From a virus (taxonomy: Duplodnaviria; Caudoviricetes): 50,535 bases of DNA. The DNA is taken from positions 1 to 50,535 of the IMG/VR virus record IMGVR_UViG_3300048796_000086; one strand, written 5' to 3'. A program made the translations under genes and the position numbers. Below, piece after piece: positions 8,789 to 18,245 of this stretch (positions are counted from its first letter, which is position 1; every line of letters begins with the position of its first letter). A model generated the notes under the pieces. That model saw only the letters and a list, made by a program, of their open reading frames with translations. It had not been told where the DNA came from and searched no databases.

Positions 8789-10783
8789 GTGACCGCTCCC
8801 TCGAAGCCGTGGGCTGATACCACCCGCTACAACTCCGACGACGACTACGATGACCCGCTAATAACGTGGTGCCGGAACGCTTCAGCGGTGCTGCATCGCG
8901 AGAAGCAGCCCGTCACCGAACGCATGACCCGCGCGATGAGCCTCTACCGCGGCGGGACGCCTTGGTGGCACAACCGGCCGAAGTGGAAGCTCGGCAAGCA
9001 GTTTCCAAAGGTTTCGACAATTCCAATTCAGTGGGCGTCGATTCTCTCCGACAATAAGCCGACCGTCACCTATTCCGCGTATCAGGCGCGGGACCAGCGC
9101 ATCGCTGACATTGCGACGGCGGCCTTCAAAGAGGCGCACGAAAGCGGCAAGTGGCAGCAGAAGATTCGCAACGCCATCCTCGGCTCGCGTATCCAAATCA
9201 AATACTTCCTGCGCCTGGTTCCCGATCAGTTCGGGCCTGGCGGCGAAACGAAGGCCACGCTGACCGTTGTAACCGGCGAGCAGGTTTTCGCCGACGCGAA
9301 CGCCACCTGCGTCGATGACGCCGAAGTGCTGCTCTACGAGTACCGCGAGTCGCCGAACAAAATCTTCGCCCGTTGGCCGCACTTGCGCGAGAAAATCATC
9401 TCTAAGCGCACCGAGCAGCGCGGCTTCGAGAACACCGACGAGGGCGATGTGCTCTCGCCGCCGACCTCGATGACGTTCCCGGATGGCGGCACGCTCAACA
9501 ACCCGCCCTTCGCTGCAACCGCCAACCCGCCAGACAACAGCGGCGGCACAAGCGGCCTGATCGTGCGCGAGTTCTGGACGCGCCCACGCAAGACGACTAA
9601 GGTTTCCAAAGTGCTGTTTACGGTGGCTGGCGAGCCCGCCACGCGCGACAAGCGGGTCACGCTGACCGATGGCACCAAGCAACGCCTGCGCCGCGTTATA
9701 ACCGAAGGAAACGTCGTCTACGAATGGCCGGAAGAGTACGTTGCGATCGTGCGCGAGGCCGAAATGTACGGCGGCCTACGCATCATAGACGAGATGGACG
9801 CGCTCGAAGTCATCTGCCACAAAGTGGACTACCCGCTGTATCCCGATGGGCGGCTGGTTATTATCGTGGACGAGGATTTCAAAGCCGACGACCGGATGAA
9901 CCCGCTAGGCTACATCCCGCTCATCGAAATCGAAGCGTACCCCGACCCGCAGAATTTCTGGGGCCTGTCCGACCTCGACCTCATCGCGGACGCCTACGAG
10001 TACTACCTTCGCCTCATTGGCCTGATGTACGACGCCGCGAACCTCACGGCGAACCCGATATGGCGCCTGCCGCTCGGGGACGAGATGGCCGACGAAGATA
10101 TAACCAACGCGCCGGGCGCCATCCAGCGCGAAACGCAAATGAGCCTGCGGTTCGGCAAGCGCGAGCAAGGCCCCGAAATGCCGCAATACGTCATGCAGCT
10201 TTTACAGTACGTCGAAGGGCAGATTCGGGAGCTTTCCGGGCTGAACGAAATTTCGAGCGGCACCGCGAAGTTCAAGGGGCAGCAGTCGAGCGAAACCGTT
10301 TCGATGTACCAAGAAGCCGCGGGCGTGCGCTTCAATGATTCGCTCCACCGCATCGAAGCGGCAATGGTTATCCTCGGAACGCAGTTCCTTGAGTTGATGA
10401 CGCGCTTCTACACGACACCGCATCTCGTTCAGTTGAAGAACGACGCGGGCGTTGTCGAATCGGTCCCGCTGCTTGGGTCGTATTTCACAGCCCCGCTGAA
10501 GGTTGAAGCGAAGCCTGGTTCGGCGCGTACGTCTAGCCAGAAGTACAACCTGCTCTTAGGGCTGCTAAACTCGGGCAAACCGATAATCGACATCCCTGAA
10601 ATGTGGAGCCAACTCCAAGAGATGGGGCTCATTGCTTCGGCTACGCAGATGGAACGCCGCATCTTCGACAACCTAAAGAACCCGAGCAAGAATTGGCTTG
10701 TAACCGGAGTTTTGCCGGGGATGGGGCCGAACAATTCGACGCCGTCCAAATCCGGCGGAAAGCGGAAGAAACCGCAAGGTTGA
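8789..10783 (+). CDS. Portal protein (P22-like podovirus type)
   Basis: 664 aa between terminase and scaffold; YPDGR, FWGLSDLDLI, ITNAPGAI and IRELSGLNEISSG motifs typical of this portal family. Confidence 0.85.
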   Translation: MTAPSKPWADTTRYNSDDDYDDPLITWCRNASAVLHREKQPVTERMTRAMSLYRGGTPWWHNRPKWKLGKQFPKVSTIPIQWASILSDNKPTVTYSAYQARDQRIADIATAAFKEAHESGKWQQKIRNAILGSRIQIKYFLRLVPDQFGPGGETKATLTVVTGEQVFADANATCVDDAEVLLYEYRESPNKIFARWPHLREKIISKRTEQRGFENTDEGDVLSPPTSMTFPDGGTLNNPPFAATANPPDNSGGTSGLIVREFWTRPRKTTKVSKVLFTVAGEPATRDKRVTLTDGTKQRLRRVITEGNVVYEWPEEYVAIVREAEMYGGLRIIDEMDALEVICHKVDYPLYPDGRLVIIVDEDFKADDRMNPLGYIPLIEIEAYPDPQNFWGLSDLDLIADAYEYYLRLIGLMYDAANLTANPIWRLPLGDEMADEDITNAPGAIQRETQMSLRFGKREQGPEMPQYVMQLLQYVEGQIRELSGLNEISSGTAKFKGQQSSETVSMYQEAAGVRFNDSLHRIEAAMVILGTQFLELMTRFYTTPHLVQLKNDAGVVESVPLLGSYFTAPLKVEAKPGSARTSSQKYNLLLGLLNSGKPIIDIPEMWSQLQEMGLIASATQMERRIFDNLKNPSKNWLVTGVLPGMGPNNSTPSKSGGKRKKPQG

Positions 10784-10829
10784 TAAAGGTGTGCTATGAT
10801 TCAACCGATGATGGGGATTTTGTGAGGCC

Positions 10830-11267
10830 ATGACGGCTGGCATGATACCACCGGGAGCAGGCGCGGGAGGTCCGCCTCCTGCACCACCTGTGCCCCCGGC
10901 GGCTCCGCCCCCGATAGCGCCTCCGGCGGGCATCGCGCCTCGCCCCCCGTCGTCTTTACAATCGGACGCTTATCAGGATTTACCGAGCGAGTTACCCCCA
11001 GGCTACCAAATGCTCGACGGCATCGCTCGTTCGTACAAGTTGGCGATTAAGATGCCAACGTTCGCAAAGTCTCCCAAGGTGGTCGCAGTGTTATACTCCC
11101 ACTTGGAATCATTAAATCAACTCCTTTCCCATTACGCCTCGAAGGGTGGCGACTCGGGTGGAACGCCCACCAGTGTCATGCCTGAAGGCGACGATGGGGG
11201 AAACTCGGACGCGCACTACACGTCGGCAGACACCGACGCACAGCCCGCACCCGATAGCGGGTCTTAG
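10830..11267 (+). CDS. Proline-rich hypothetical protein
   Basis: GAGG RBS; TGcTATGAT extended -10-like motif upstream. Confidence 0.65.
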   Translation: MTAGMIPPGAGAGGPPPAPPVPPAAPPPIAPPAGIAPRPPSSLQSDAYQDLPSELPPGYQMLDGIARSYKLAIKMPTFAKSPKVVAVLYSHLESLNQLLSHYASKGGDSGGTPTSVMPEGDDGGNSDAHYTSADTDAQPAPDSGS

Positions 11268-11316
11268 GTGACTCGCGAGATGGAGCCTATATGGCGAGAA
11301 AGGAGGGGAGTATCGA

Positions 11317-11433
11317 ATGGCTCGCAGACGTAAAGGTAAGGAAAAGAAAGAGCACAAGGGCTTCGGCAAGCACATGAAGGAGCTTAAGAAGTCGAAGCGT
11401 GGTCGCAAAGCATCGCGTCGGGGACGCAAGTAG
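11317..11433 (+). CDS. 38-aa highly basic peptide
   Basis: AGGAGG RBS; MARRRKGKEKKEHKGFGKHMKELKKSKRGRKASRRGRK. Below the ORF-track cutoff. Confidence 0.7.
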   Translation: MARRRKGKEKKEHKGFGKHMKELKKSKRGRKASRRGRK

Positions 11434-11451
11434 TCCGTCGTAACGGAATCC

Positions 11452-11488
11452 GTGGAGGCGTCCGTTAGGCGGCGCCTCCACTTCTTTT
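11452..11488 (+). terminator. Intrinsic terminator-like hairpin directly before the scaffold RBS
   Basis: GTGGAGGCG...CGCCTCCAC followed by TTCTTTT. Confidence 0.6.
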
Positions 11489-11500
11489 AGGAGGAATCGA

Positions 11501-12880
11501 ATGGCAAAGACTGGGAACGGGCCGCCGTCGCTGGCCGACGTAAACACGCACGCGCGCGAGTTGGTGGACAAGATGACGGGCGCGAAACCCGCCGCCGCCG
11601 AGCTTCACGCCGAGCCGCTGGGCGGCGCGGTCGAGCCGCAGCTTCTACCGGATTTTTCGCGCGGGACCGAGGCGCTCGATGAGGAGACTGGCAAGCCGAT
11701 AGCAGGCCGCGCCGCCGTTGCGCTGCCGGAGGGTGACGCTGGCGGCACGACCGACGCGTTGGCCGAGGCGAAGGCTGAGATTGCGGGCACCGCCGCGCCG
11801 AAGGAGCGCGACCCCGCGAGCGGGAGGTTCGTATCCGAAGCCGCCGCCGATGTTTCACAGGAAACGCCCGCCGCTGTCCCCGAGGCCGCTCCAGCCGGCG
11901 CGGTAGCCGCTGAAGCCGCCGCCGCCGCCATCCTCGATAAACCCGACCCGTGGGCCGACTACGAAGATATCGAGGTGCAGGACCCCGACCTCGACAAGAC
12001 GTTCACCATTCGCGCGCCGAAAGCCGACGCCAACGCCGTTCGGAACGGCTACCTCCGCCGGGCCGACTACTCGCGCAAGACGATGTTCTTGGCTGACACG
12101 CAGAAGGTGCTCGAGCCGCTCGTTGCGGACGGGCGCCTCCGAAACATTCTTCCGCTCATCCAGTACGCGATCGAGCATCCCGAGTTCGGGAATTTCGCCG
12201 CCGACGCTTACAACCGCGCTATCCGAGGGCTCCCGCTCACCGAAGCGCAGACGCAGGCTGCCACAGCCGCGGCTGCTGCCGCTCCCGCTGCCGCAGCCCC
12301 GGTTGCGCCGCTCACCGAAGCGGAGGACCCGTTCTTAGCCGAAGCGCTCAAGCCGTACAACGACAAGCTCGGGCAAGTGACGAACCTGGTCGAGAAAATG
12401 GCGCGCGAGGAGGAGCAGCGCCGCACCGCCGAAACGAACGCCGCGCGCGAGTACCAGTATCGCGTGAACGTCGGGAACCAGGGCTACGCTCTGCTTACGC
12501 AGCGGTACGGCGACGAGTTCAGCGGCGACCCGGAGCGCGACAAGAACTCCTTTATGCGCGCGGTCAACTACGGCCGGGCGTCAGGGCTATTCGATCAGTA
12601 CGGCGAGAGCCCGGCGACGATCGTTCTGGCCTACGAGGACCTGCGCCGCGCTCGCGAGGAGGCTTCGGCTTCCCCAGCCGTCGCAGCCGTCGCCGCCGCT
12701 ACGGAGCGCAAGGTGGCAAGCGCCAACGCCGCCGCCGTATCGACCGGGACCCCAGCCTCCGCGCCGCAGGTGAAGAAGGTTCCGCCGCCGCCGGCAACCC
12801 GCGTCAACGGGGTTGCGGCAGACCCGAAGGAGTACATCCGCCAGCAGATGGCACGCCAAGCGGCGATGGCTGGACGATAG
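11501..12880 (+). CDS. Capsid scaffolding protein
   Basis: Position between portal and capsid; acidic, Ala-rich; GYLRRADYSRKT motif typical of podovirus scaffolds. Confidence 0.8.
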   Translation: MAKTGNGPPSLADVNTHARELVDKMTGAKPAAAELHAEPLGGAVEPQLLPDFSRGTEALDEETGKPIAGRAAVALPEGDAGGTTDALAEAKAEIAGTAAPKERDPASGRFVSEAAADVSQETPAAVPEAAPAGAVAAEAAAAAILDKPDPWADYEDIEVQDPDLDKTFTIRAPKADANAVRNGYLRRADYSRKTMFLADTQKVLEPLVADGRLRNILPLIQYAIEHPEFGNFAADAYNRAIRGLPLTEAQTQAATAAAAAAPAAAAPVAPLTEAEDPFLAEALKPYNDKLGQVTNLVEKMAREEEQRRTAETNAAREYQYRVNVGNQGYALLTQRYGDEFSGDPERDKNSFMRAVNYGRASGLFDQYGESPATIVLAYEDLRRAREEASASPAVAAVAAATERKVASANAAAVSTGTPASAPQVKKVPPPPATRVNGVAADPKEYIRQQMARQAAMAGR

Positions 12881-13030
12881 ACCCGCAAGTAGAGCGTGAC
12901 CGCGCCGAGCTTCTCTGCCGCCTCAATCAGATGCTGGCGGAGTTCGAGAAGGCGCGGTTCTCGCCGCTCGTGCTGCTTCGTCAGCAAGCGATCGACGCGG
13001 CGTTCGAGGCGATGGTATCGTGCGGTCGGT

Positions 13031-14092
13031 TCAACCGGCTCCACAAAGAGCACGCGATTCTGCCGTCAGCGCGATGACGCGCCGCCAGGCCGCAAGCCCC
13101 ACCGCGCTCGTATGGTGCTCGCGGACGTAGGCGTGGTTCTCCTTGGCGAAGTCCCGCCGAGCGCAAGTATGCCGGACTAGCATCGAAAGGCGTTCAAGCC
13201 ACTCACGCTCATCGAAGCATGGAATGATAGGGCCACCGCGCTCTCGATACTCGCGGTACGGGCCGTAGCTCGACGCGACGACGGGGTTCCCGCACGCCCC
13301 GGCTTGGAGCAGCCGCAAGAACGACTTCGAGGCGTTGAACACGTTGGGCACCAGCGGAGCCATCTCCACGTCGAGGTCGAGGGACTTCACCCGATCGAAG
13401 TAGCGGTCCATGAAGGCAAAGGGCTGTTCGTCCAGCTCGGGGTCGATGTAGCCGTGCAACTCGATGCGCGCCGGGTCAACGCCTGGGAGCGTCGGGGGCT
13501 GCCCGAAAAAGACGAGCTTTACCTCGGGGTAGCGGGCGCAGAGTTTGCGGAGCGGGCGGGCGATGAGCGCCAGGTCGCCGCCGTGCGTCGAGGACCCAGC
13601 GTAGCCAATCCGAATCTCGCCCTCGCGCTTAGGCTTGCCGGTGATTTCGGACGGCGACAACCGAGCAAACGCCTCGTCGGAGATAAAGTTCTCCACCACC
13701 TCGATGCCCGGCCGCCACTTGGCGTACTCGTCGGCCAGCCGCCGCGTGGAAGCGGTAACCACGGTGGCGATCGGTAGCGCCTCCTCGAAGATGCGGGTTC
13801 CCCACTGGCCGGTGCCGTAGACGCTTCGCGCCTCTGGGTTGTGCTGGAGCTGGTGGAGGTGGTCGTCAAAATCCTGAATTGTCGGCTTGCCCGCGGCCTT
13901 GAGCGTTTTCAGAAGGTCTAGCATCGGCTGGGTGGAGACGCGCGACGTAACTACGAGGTCCGCGCTCAGGAAAAACGCGGGGTCGAGAACGTCGGTAAAG
14001 AGGACCGTGTGCTCTGGCAGGCGGGAAAGCGGCATTATCTGCCGCCAATACGACTGGCCGGCTTGGTCGGCGAGCGCGACGAGAATACGCAA
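13031..14092 (-). CDS. GT4-like (GT-B) glycosyltransferase
   Basis: SYWRQIMP, IQDFDD, IGYAGSSTHGGD, APLVPNVFNASKS...GNPVVAS motifs; GGAGG RBS. Confidence 0.85.
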   Translation of the reverse strand: MRILVALADQAGQSYWRQIMPLSRLPEHTVLFTDVLDPAFFLSADLVVTSRVSTQPMLDLLKTLKAAGKPTIQDFDDHLHQLQHNPEARSVYGTGQWGTRIFEEALPIATVVTASTRRLADEYAKWRPGIEVVENFISDEAFARLSPSEITGKPKREGEIRIGYAGSSTHGGDLALIARPLRKLCARYPEVKLVFFGQPPTLPGVDPARIELHGYIDPELDEQPFAFMDRYFDRVKSLDLDVEMAPLVPNVFNASKSFLRLLQAGACGNPVVASSYGPYREYRERGGPIIPCFDEREWLERLSMLVRHTCARRDFAKENHAYVREHHTSAVGLAAWRRVIALTAESRALCGAG

Positions 14093-14293
14093 AGTGATTC
14101 CTCCGGCCCAATCGTAGTCCCGCGCGAGCCCGTTGACAAGCGTGCTACGTTGAGGTGAAGGATTCGGCCCGCCGCCGCCCGGTCAAGCGCAAGCCCCGGC
14201 ACACGGCACGGACACCCGAAACCAGCAGCAGCCCTCAGCGCGGACCTGGACGTTCGCCCGGACAACCCCTCGCGGGGACCCGGAAAGCGGCCA

Positions 14294-14342
14294 GAAACTC
14301 CAAGCATCGAGGACGATAACTCGTCTTTTGCTTAGGAGTTTT
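14294..14342 (+). promoter_or_regulatory. Hairpin sequestering the capsid Shine-Dalgarno sequence
   Basis: AAACTCC-AAGCA...GACGA-TAAC-TCGTC...TGCTT-A-GGAGTTT; SD AGGAG at 14334-14338, ATG at 14347. Confidence 0.6.
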
Positions 14343-14346
14343 GCCC

Positions 14347-15378
14347 ATGGCAGTAACTACCGGCCTCGGTGGATACGATCAGGAGAGCGCGGTCCTAGCT
14401 GAAGCGTTTGTCCCCTATGTGACGGACAACGTTTTCCAATCGGCTCGCGTTCCGAAGATCGCCTACGATTCGGCCAACCGCGTGGACGAGGGGCGCTACC
14501 TTGCGCTGCCCTTGCTCACTGCGAAGAACATGACGGCCCAAAGTTTCGGGCAGTACGACACGCTGGCTTCCGGGCCGCAGTCGCTGCTCTCCGTGGCGGC
14601 CTTCCCCTGGTCGTGGTATCAGGCCGCCGTCACGATCGACTATCAAACGCTCCGGCTCGTGCGCGGGCCAAATATGCGTGTGGACAACCTCACGCTTCAG
14701 GTCCAGACGGCTATCGCCTCGCTTTCGGACCTCATCGCCGACGACCTTACGAACCTCACGAAGGGCGCCAACGCGCAGACCGGGCAACCGGCCTTCGGCG
14801 TGGTCGAGGCGTGCGACAACGGCCAGCTTTACAACGTGTACGGCAACATCGCGAGAACCGGCACGAACAGCCTGGCCACCTGGCAAGGCAACGTCATCTC
14901 GCTCGCGACCAGCGGGCTGGGCAACGCCACGAACGATACGAGCCGCGCGCAGATGCTTCGCGAGTACACGGCTTGCGTCGTCGGTGACGCCGCGCCGACG
15001 CACATCTTCGTCAATCAGCAAGGCGTGTCGTCCTACATCTTCACGCTCGACTCGCAGATTCGCGTGAGCCCCGGCGACTCGGCAAACCCGTACACCGGCA
15101 ACCCGCATCTGCTCGGCGCGGAAGTCGTTGGCGACAACCACTTCCCACCCACGATCAACGCAACGGGCGGCTATCTCGGGTACACCTACTACTTCCTCAA
15201 CATGAATCACACCCGGATGCACTACTTTGGATTTAAGGGCTTCGACTACGTTCCGTGGATTGACACGCCCGGCGTCCTCTCTAAGACAAGTCGTTACGTC
15301 ATCGCCTTCCAGTTCGCTTCAGACGAACCGCGCCTGAACGGATTTTACGGCCCGATCAACGACTTGCAATCGCTCTGA
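14347..15378 (+). CDS. Major capsid protein
   Basis: About 343 aa, downstream of scaffold; DNVF, YGNIAR, WQGN, APTHIF and YFLN motifs seen in HK97-fold capsids of P22-portal phages. Confidence 0.85.
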   Translation: MAVTTGLGGYDQESAVLAEAFVPYVTDNVFQSARVPKIAYDSANRVDEGRYLALPLLTAKNMTAQSFGQYDTLASGPQSLLSVAAFPWSWYQAAVTIDYQTLRLVRGPNMRVDNLTLQVQTAIASLSDLIADDLTNLTKGANAQTGQPAFGVVEACDNGQLYNVYGNIARTGTNSLATWQGNVISLATSGLGNATNDTSRAQMLREYTACVVGDAAPTHIFVNQQGVSSYIFTLDSQIRVSPGDSANPYTGNPHLLGAEVVGDNHFPPTINATGGYLGYTYYFLNMNHTRMHYFGFKGFDYVPWIDTPGVLSKTSRYVIAFQFASDEPRLNGFYGPINDLQSL

Positions 15379-15393
15379 GGCTAGGAGTAAACA

Positions 15394-15624
15394 ATGAGTT
15401 TAAAAAGAGATCGCCCTGGAAATCCGAAGGTTCGCACCGGGAAGAACGTCGGCCCCGATTATCCCGAAGACAGGTTCATCGTGCCGCAAAACATGGGAAT
15501 CGACTACCCAATCGGCGATGCGCGCGACGACAAAGCGATACAATCCGAAGCGGGGTTGCAGTTCGAAGGCGGCGGCGCACCGCTCGAAAAAGGCCGCTAC
15601 AACGAACTGTGGGAGGGTCGGTGA
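15394..15624 (+). CDS. Hypothetical virion-module protein
   Basis: AGGAG RBS. Confidence 0.6.
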   Translation: MSLKRDRPGNPKVRTGKNVGPDYPEDRFIVPQNMGIDYPIGDARDDKAIQSEAGLQFEGGGAPLEKGRYNELWEGR

Positions 15625-15629
15625 GCTAG

Positions 15630-16904
15630 ATGGCACTTTTAAATCTATGGTCGCAAAATATGTCGTCAGGGAACCCGTCGTCACAGACGAGCATTCTTAC
15701 CGGTGGCGCAGGCGGTAACGCCGTAGCGGGCACCACGACCATCCCGATGATTGGTATTCCAACGTTGGAGCCGATCACGCGCATGGTGAACGACCAAACG
15801 CCTGCGTATCTCGCCGCTAACGGCGCGTTGCAAGGGAACCTCATGGTTCTTGGATACGATCTACCGCCTGGCATAACGAGCAACTCTGGGGGCGGATACT
15901 GGACGCTATCGCAGACTTACGCCCGCGCCCACGCTCCGCTGTCTTACGGTATCGTGAATGTTGCGCCAGGACTCGGAATCGGGCAACAGCCGACAATCGT
16001 TTGCAACGGGCCGATTCAGGCGCTTTGCACGACTACGACCAACGCGATCGCGGTTGGCACGCTGCTTTGCGCTGACGGCTTGGGGAACCTCACATCGTTC
16101 CAGCCGCCGAGCGGCGCACCGACGCCGACCGTTACGTCGGTTGGCACGTCCGGCTCCACGACGTACACCTACGCGCTCGTCGCCGTTGGTGCAGACGGAA
16201 CCGCATCGGCTGCTCACGGCACGACCGCCAGCACTACCAGCGGTAACGCCACGCTCTCGAGCGTCAACTACAACCAAATCACCTATACGCCAGTAGGAGA
16301 CGCCGTGAGTTACATCATCGTGCGCACGTCGTCTGCCGGCACGCCGTCAACGGTCGGCGTTATCGGGTACACGGGGGCTACCGATGCGTCGTTCAACGAC
16401 ACGGGCCTGGCGATCGTGCCGAACACGTCGGGCACGCAGTTCTTCCAGCGGCTTACAGCGCCGTCAACGCCCACGGTAACGACCTCGGGCACGGCCGGTA
16501 CGGTCAGCTACAGCTACAAGATCACCGCGGTACTGCCAAACGGCGTGTACTCGGCCGAATCGACGGCTGGAACGGTGACGACCGGCAACGCCACGCTCTC
16601 GAGCGTCAACTACAACCAAATCACCTGGAGCGCCGTAACGGGCGCAACACTCTACGTTATCGACCGCACGGCTTCGGCTGGCGTGCCGAGCACGTTGGGC
16701 ACCATTGGCTACTTCTCGGTCGTACCGGGTTCGTCGCCGACGTACGCCTTCAACGATACGGGACTCGCGGCCACGGCGTACACGGCGGTCACCACGCCGA
16801 CCATCTCGCCGCCGGCCGGAACGACCCTGGCAATCTCGCTGGGAGTCGTAGCGGCCAGCACATCGACGCCGGTTCTAAATCCGGTTTGGGTTGGCGGGTT
16901 TTAG
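15630..16904 (+). CDS. Putative capsid decoration/cement protein with two tandem Ig/FN3-like domains
   Basis: Follows the capsid gene; Ser/Thr/Gly-rich beta sequence with an internal duplication at 114-aa spacing. Confidence 0.6.
   Translation: MALLNLWSQNMSSGNPSSQTSILTGGAGGNAVAGTTTIPMIGIPTLEPITRMVNDQTPAYLAANGALQGNLMVLGYDLPPGITSNSGGGYWTLSQTYARAHAPLSYGIVNVAPGLGIGQQPTIVCNGPIQALCTTTTNAIAVGTLLCADGLGNLTSFQPPSGAPTPTVTSVGTSGSTTYTYALVAVGADGTASAAHGTTASTTSGNATLSSVNYNQITYTPVGDAVSYIIVRTSSAGTPSTVGVIGYTGATDASFNDTGLAIVPNTSGTQFFQRLTAPSTPTVTTSGTAGTVSYSYKITAVLPNGVYSAESTAGTVTTGNATLSSVNYNQITWSAVTGATLYVIDRTASAGVPSTLGTIGYFSVVPGSSPTYAFNDTGLAATAYTAVTTPTISPPAGTTLAISLGVVAASTSTPVLNPVWVGGF
16245..16626 (+). repeat. 40-bp perfect direct repeat (16245-16284 and 16587-16626)
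   Basis: AACGCCACGCTCTCGAGCGTCAACTACAACCAAATCACCT occurs twice, 342 bp apart and in frame. Confidence 0.95.
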
Positions 16905-16920
16905 TTCAGCAGTAGCAACG

Positions 16921-16956
16921 GAAGGGCGCCGGTTCGTCTCTATGGCGCCCTTCTTC
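16921..16956 (+). terminator. Terminator-like hairpin after the head genes
   Basis: GAAGGGCGCC...GGCGCCCTTC, with a weak U tract. Confidence 0.55.
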
Positions 16957-16989
16957 ACTCAACGTTACGAGACGGTCTAGGAGGAACCA

Positions 16990-17775
16990 GTGCCAACTAC
17001 CGTCGAGATTGCCGAGCTTCAGCGCGCACAGGATTTAACGCGCATGGGGCGCAGCACTATCCCGGGCCAGCAATGGCGACCGGGAGCGCAGACGCCCGAA
17101 GCCGACATCGTTCAATCGCTCAACTCTTCCCCGCTCGGCACGCTGGCAGGCGAAGCGAACCTGCAAACGCCGTTCAACGCTACGCCCAAACGCCCGAACG
17201 TCTACGTCGTGAATCACTCGCGCAAGAAAGTGCGCCGGATGGCTGTCGTCTCCGTTTCGACCCTAAGCGGCGCGGAAGAAGCGCTCACCTCGCAGACCGC
17301 CAAGGGCAAAGAGTATCGCACGACCTACGGCAACGCCGAGAACCTTTACCGTGCTGCAGCGCGCCGTGATATGAGCATCTACGAGGACAAGATCGAGCCC
17401 GCAATGCTCACGATCAACTTCGATGGCCAGCGGTTCGCGATCATGCCGGCGCCCGCGGACGACCCGGACAATCCGCCGATCGAGCAAATCCCCGAAGGCG
17501 CGTGGGACCTGTACTGCGGCAACTGGGAACGGATGCACGCGCTGCTTCCAACTGGCCTGCCGGATGAAAAGACGCGCGGCGAGGAAACGCAGCGGCTGAT
17601 GCTGCGCTGGACTCGCAAGCACAACCCGGTATGGCGCATCATGGATGACGGCAAATCGACCGACTCGCAGAATGCGTTTGGTTTCGTAGAGTTCATTCGC
17701 GAGATTCCGAAGGAAGCGCCGATTCGCGTGGACGGCCGATTCGTGCAAGCGATGGAACTGGCGGAGGTCGAGTAG
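16990..17775 (+). CDS. Hypothetical protein
   Basis: AGGAGG RBS, 261 aa. Confidence 0.75.
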   Translation: MPTTVEIAELQRAQDLTRMGRSTIPGQQWRPGAQTPEADIVQSLNSSPLGTLAGEANLQTPFNATPKRPNVYVVNHSRKKVRRMAVVSVSTLSGAEEALTSQTAKGKEYRTTYGNAENLYRAAARRDMSIYEDKIEPAMLTINFDGQRFAIMPAPADDPDNPPIEQIPEGAWDLYCGNWERMHALLPTGLPDEKTRGEETQRLMLRWTRKHNPVWRIMDDGKSTDSQNAFGFVEFIREIPKEAPIRVDGRFVQAMELAEVE

Positions 17776-18038
17776 TGGCCCGTAACAGACCTGTGGCGCC
17801 GCGCGCGTTCAGCTACATTCCTCCGCCGGACCCGCGGCGTCCAGGGCCACTCACTTCTGACGATCGTGCTTGGTACGACCCCACGCGCGGCGGGGACATT
17901 CAGTGTTCCGGCGTGCTTGGCGATGCGGGCGAGCGCGTCCTGGGCGTGCGGACGGTGAACGCCCGCGAACTCTCATCCAACCCCTACGGCGTTGGGTCGA
18001 GCGGCGAGGACAACGATGAGCACCACAAAGCGCAGTAG
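17775..18038 (+). CDS. Hypothetical protein
   Basis: TAGTG coupling to the previous gene. Confidence 0.55.
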   Translation: MARNRPVAPRAFSYIPPPDPRRPGPLTSDDRAWYDPTRGGDIQCSGVLGDAGERVLGVRTVNARELSSNPYGVGSSGEDNDEHHKAQ

Positions 18039-18047
18039 TGGCTAGCC

Positions 18048-18245
18048 GTGCCGTACACCCCGGCTCAGCACCGACTTTTCTTCGCGCAAGCCGGGCGCGG
18101 CGAGATTAGCGAGGCCGAGGCCCGCCGTCGCGCCCGCGAGGGAACGCGCAAGGACGTTGATAAAACGGGGCACGCCCGCAAGACGAAGCGCAGCAAAAAG
18201 AAGAAGGCAACTCGTAAGACTTCCCGTAGGATGAGCCACCGTTGA
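18048..18245 (+). CDS. Small basic protein
   Basis: Lys/Arg-rich C-terminus; overlaps the next gene start. Confidence 0.6.
   Translation: MPYTPAQHRLFFAQAGRGEISEAEARRRAREGTRKDVDKTGHARKTKRSKKKKATRKTSRRMSHR

Noticed and set aside
9580-9850. Possible intein in the portal (or terminase)
   Set aside because: The extra segment lacks the C/S...HN splice motifs and any homing-endonuclease signature.
12877-13077. Plausible helical reading frame after the scaffold stop (IDPQVERDRAELL...)
   Set aside because: No clear start codon or RBS, and it overlaps the GT4 3' end; cannot be supported.
16245-16626. Possible DGR template/variable repeat pair
   Set aside because: No reverse transcriptase in the window, both copies are coding and in frame, and there is no adenine-specific mismatch pattern.
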